Positions 63,167 to 64,000 of a stretch of DNA of 64,000 nt are shown one piece after another. Both the position numbers and the translations under genes were made by a program. The notes beneath the pieces were generated by a model. The model was not told the DNA's origin and did not search any database. It saw only the letters and a list, made by a program, of their open reading frames with translations. Numbering within the stretch: the stretch's first letter is position 1; each line of letters begins with the position of its first letter. The stretch is taken from contig CAVTCS010000003.1 in NCBI GenBank assembly GCA_963733295.1, forward strand, positions 2,112,001-2,176,000. The letters run 5' to 3'. The stretch comes from Vulcanimicrobiota bacterium (GTDB lineage: Bacteria > Vulcanimicrobiota > Vulcanimicrobiia > Vulcanimicrobiales > Vulcanimicrobiaceae).

Positions 63167-64000
63167 TATGCGAGCACCGCAGATTCGCGCAACATACCGT
63201 AGAAGTCGAACGCGGTCGCACCGGAAAGCGTGACGTCGACGAACTCGCCGGGCGATGCATCTCCCGTAAAGAAAATTTCGCCGTCGACGCCCGGGGCCTC
63301 GCCCATCGACCTGCCGGCCAGCGCCTGGGTTACGCCCAGGGCGTCGCGCACGGGGTTGCCTTTGCGCAGCGTGCGGCGCTCCTCGACGAGTACCCTGACC
63401 GTTTGGCCGACTCGCTTCTCGCGAGCGCGAGCCGATGCTCGCAATTGAACGTCGCGCAAACGGATAAGCCGCTTGCGTTTCTCCGATTCGGGAACTTGCG
63501 CGCCGAGCTCGGCGGCGGGCGTTCCCTCTTCTTGGCTGTACGCGAAGAAGCCGACGCGATCGAGCTCGGCTCGATCGAGCCACTTCTCCAGGTAGTCCAC
63601 GTGCTCGGGACGCTCGCCCGGAAACCCGACGATGAACGTCGAGCGCATCGTTATGCCGGGAATGCGGCTACGAAATTCGTCGAGGATTTCGAGATAACGT
63701 TCACCGTTCGACGGCCGGCGCATCGCGCGCAGCACTTCGGGGTGCGCGTGCTGCAGCGGCATGTCCATGTACTTGCACACCTTCGGCAGGCGGGCCATCG
63801 TCTCGATCAGCTCGTCGTCGACCGTAGCCGGATACAGATAGAGCAAACGGATCCATTCGAGACCGTCGATCGCGTGAAGCTCCTCGAGGAGCCCGGCAAG
63901 ACCACCCCGGCGCGAACCGCGGTCGCGTCCGTACATCGAGGTGTCCTGGGCGATGAGCACCAGTTCGCGCGTGCCGGCCTGCGCCAACGCCGTCGCTTCC
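63166..64000 (-). CDS. rimO: Ribosomal protein S12 methylthiotransferase, 3' part
   Basis: LIAQDTSMYG, WIRLLYLYP, YMDMPLQH, FIVGFPGE, YSQEEGT, APGVDG TRAM domain. Confidence 0.92.
   Translation of the reverse strand, partial: EATALAQAGTRELVLIAQDTSMYGRDRGSRRGGLAGLLEELHAIDGLEWIRLLYLYPATVDDELIETMARLPKVCKYMDMPLQHAHPEVLRAMRRPSNGERYLEILDEFRSRIPGITMRSTFIVGFPGERPEHVDYLEKWLDRAELDRVGFFAYSQEEGTPAAELGAQVPESEKRKRLIRLRDVQLRASARAREKRVGQTVRVLVEERRTLRKGNPVRDALGVTQALAGRSMGEAPGVDGEIFFTGDASPGEFVDVTLSGATAFDFYGMLRESAVLA

Overview
High-GC bacterial chromosome segment; the gene style suggests a soil Eremiobacterota/Vulcanimicrobiota-like organism (inference only). Core genes sit at both ends. On the left are a Tat-exported patatin, an M28 peptidase and a hemE-hemF-hemH-hemG/Y operon. 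On the right are secA, a polysaccharide deacetylase, an LCP protein and rimO. Between them lies a ~50 kb accessory zone (about 8.7-58.2 kb). It holds four formylglycine-dependent sulfatases plus an FGE, DUF1254/DUF1214 genes, a putative outer-membrane channel, two BKACE (DUF849) paralogues, a molybdopterin oxidoreductase pair, many exported orphan proteins and gene fragments, a complete IS256 with a 9-bp target duplication and an IS3 remnant. The most unusual signal is non-coding. At least nine related palindromic sites (core GAAA(C/G)CCT(T/G)A(T/C)GCCAC(A/G)GG..TT) lie between 41 and 58.2 kb. Four of them form a ~390-bp gapless imperfect inverted repeat. Others are tied to an inverted duplicate of a 182-aa lipoprotein gene and to a GGGG-starting terminal-IR-like sequence 8 bp from the secA stop codon. 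Also found: an unannotated 53-aa CxxC-x8-C-x4-H microprotein and a HicA-like/aeRF1-like fusion. Many single-base frameshifts may be assembly errors. No rRNA, tRNA or CRISPR array was recognised.
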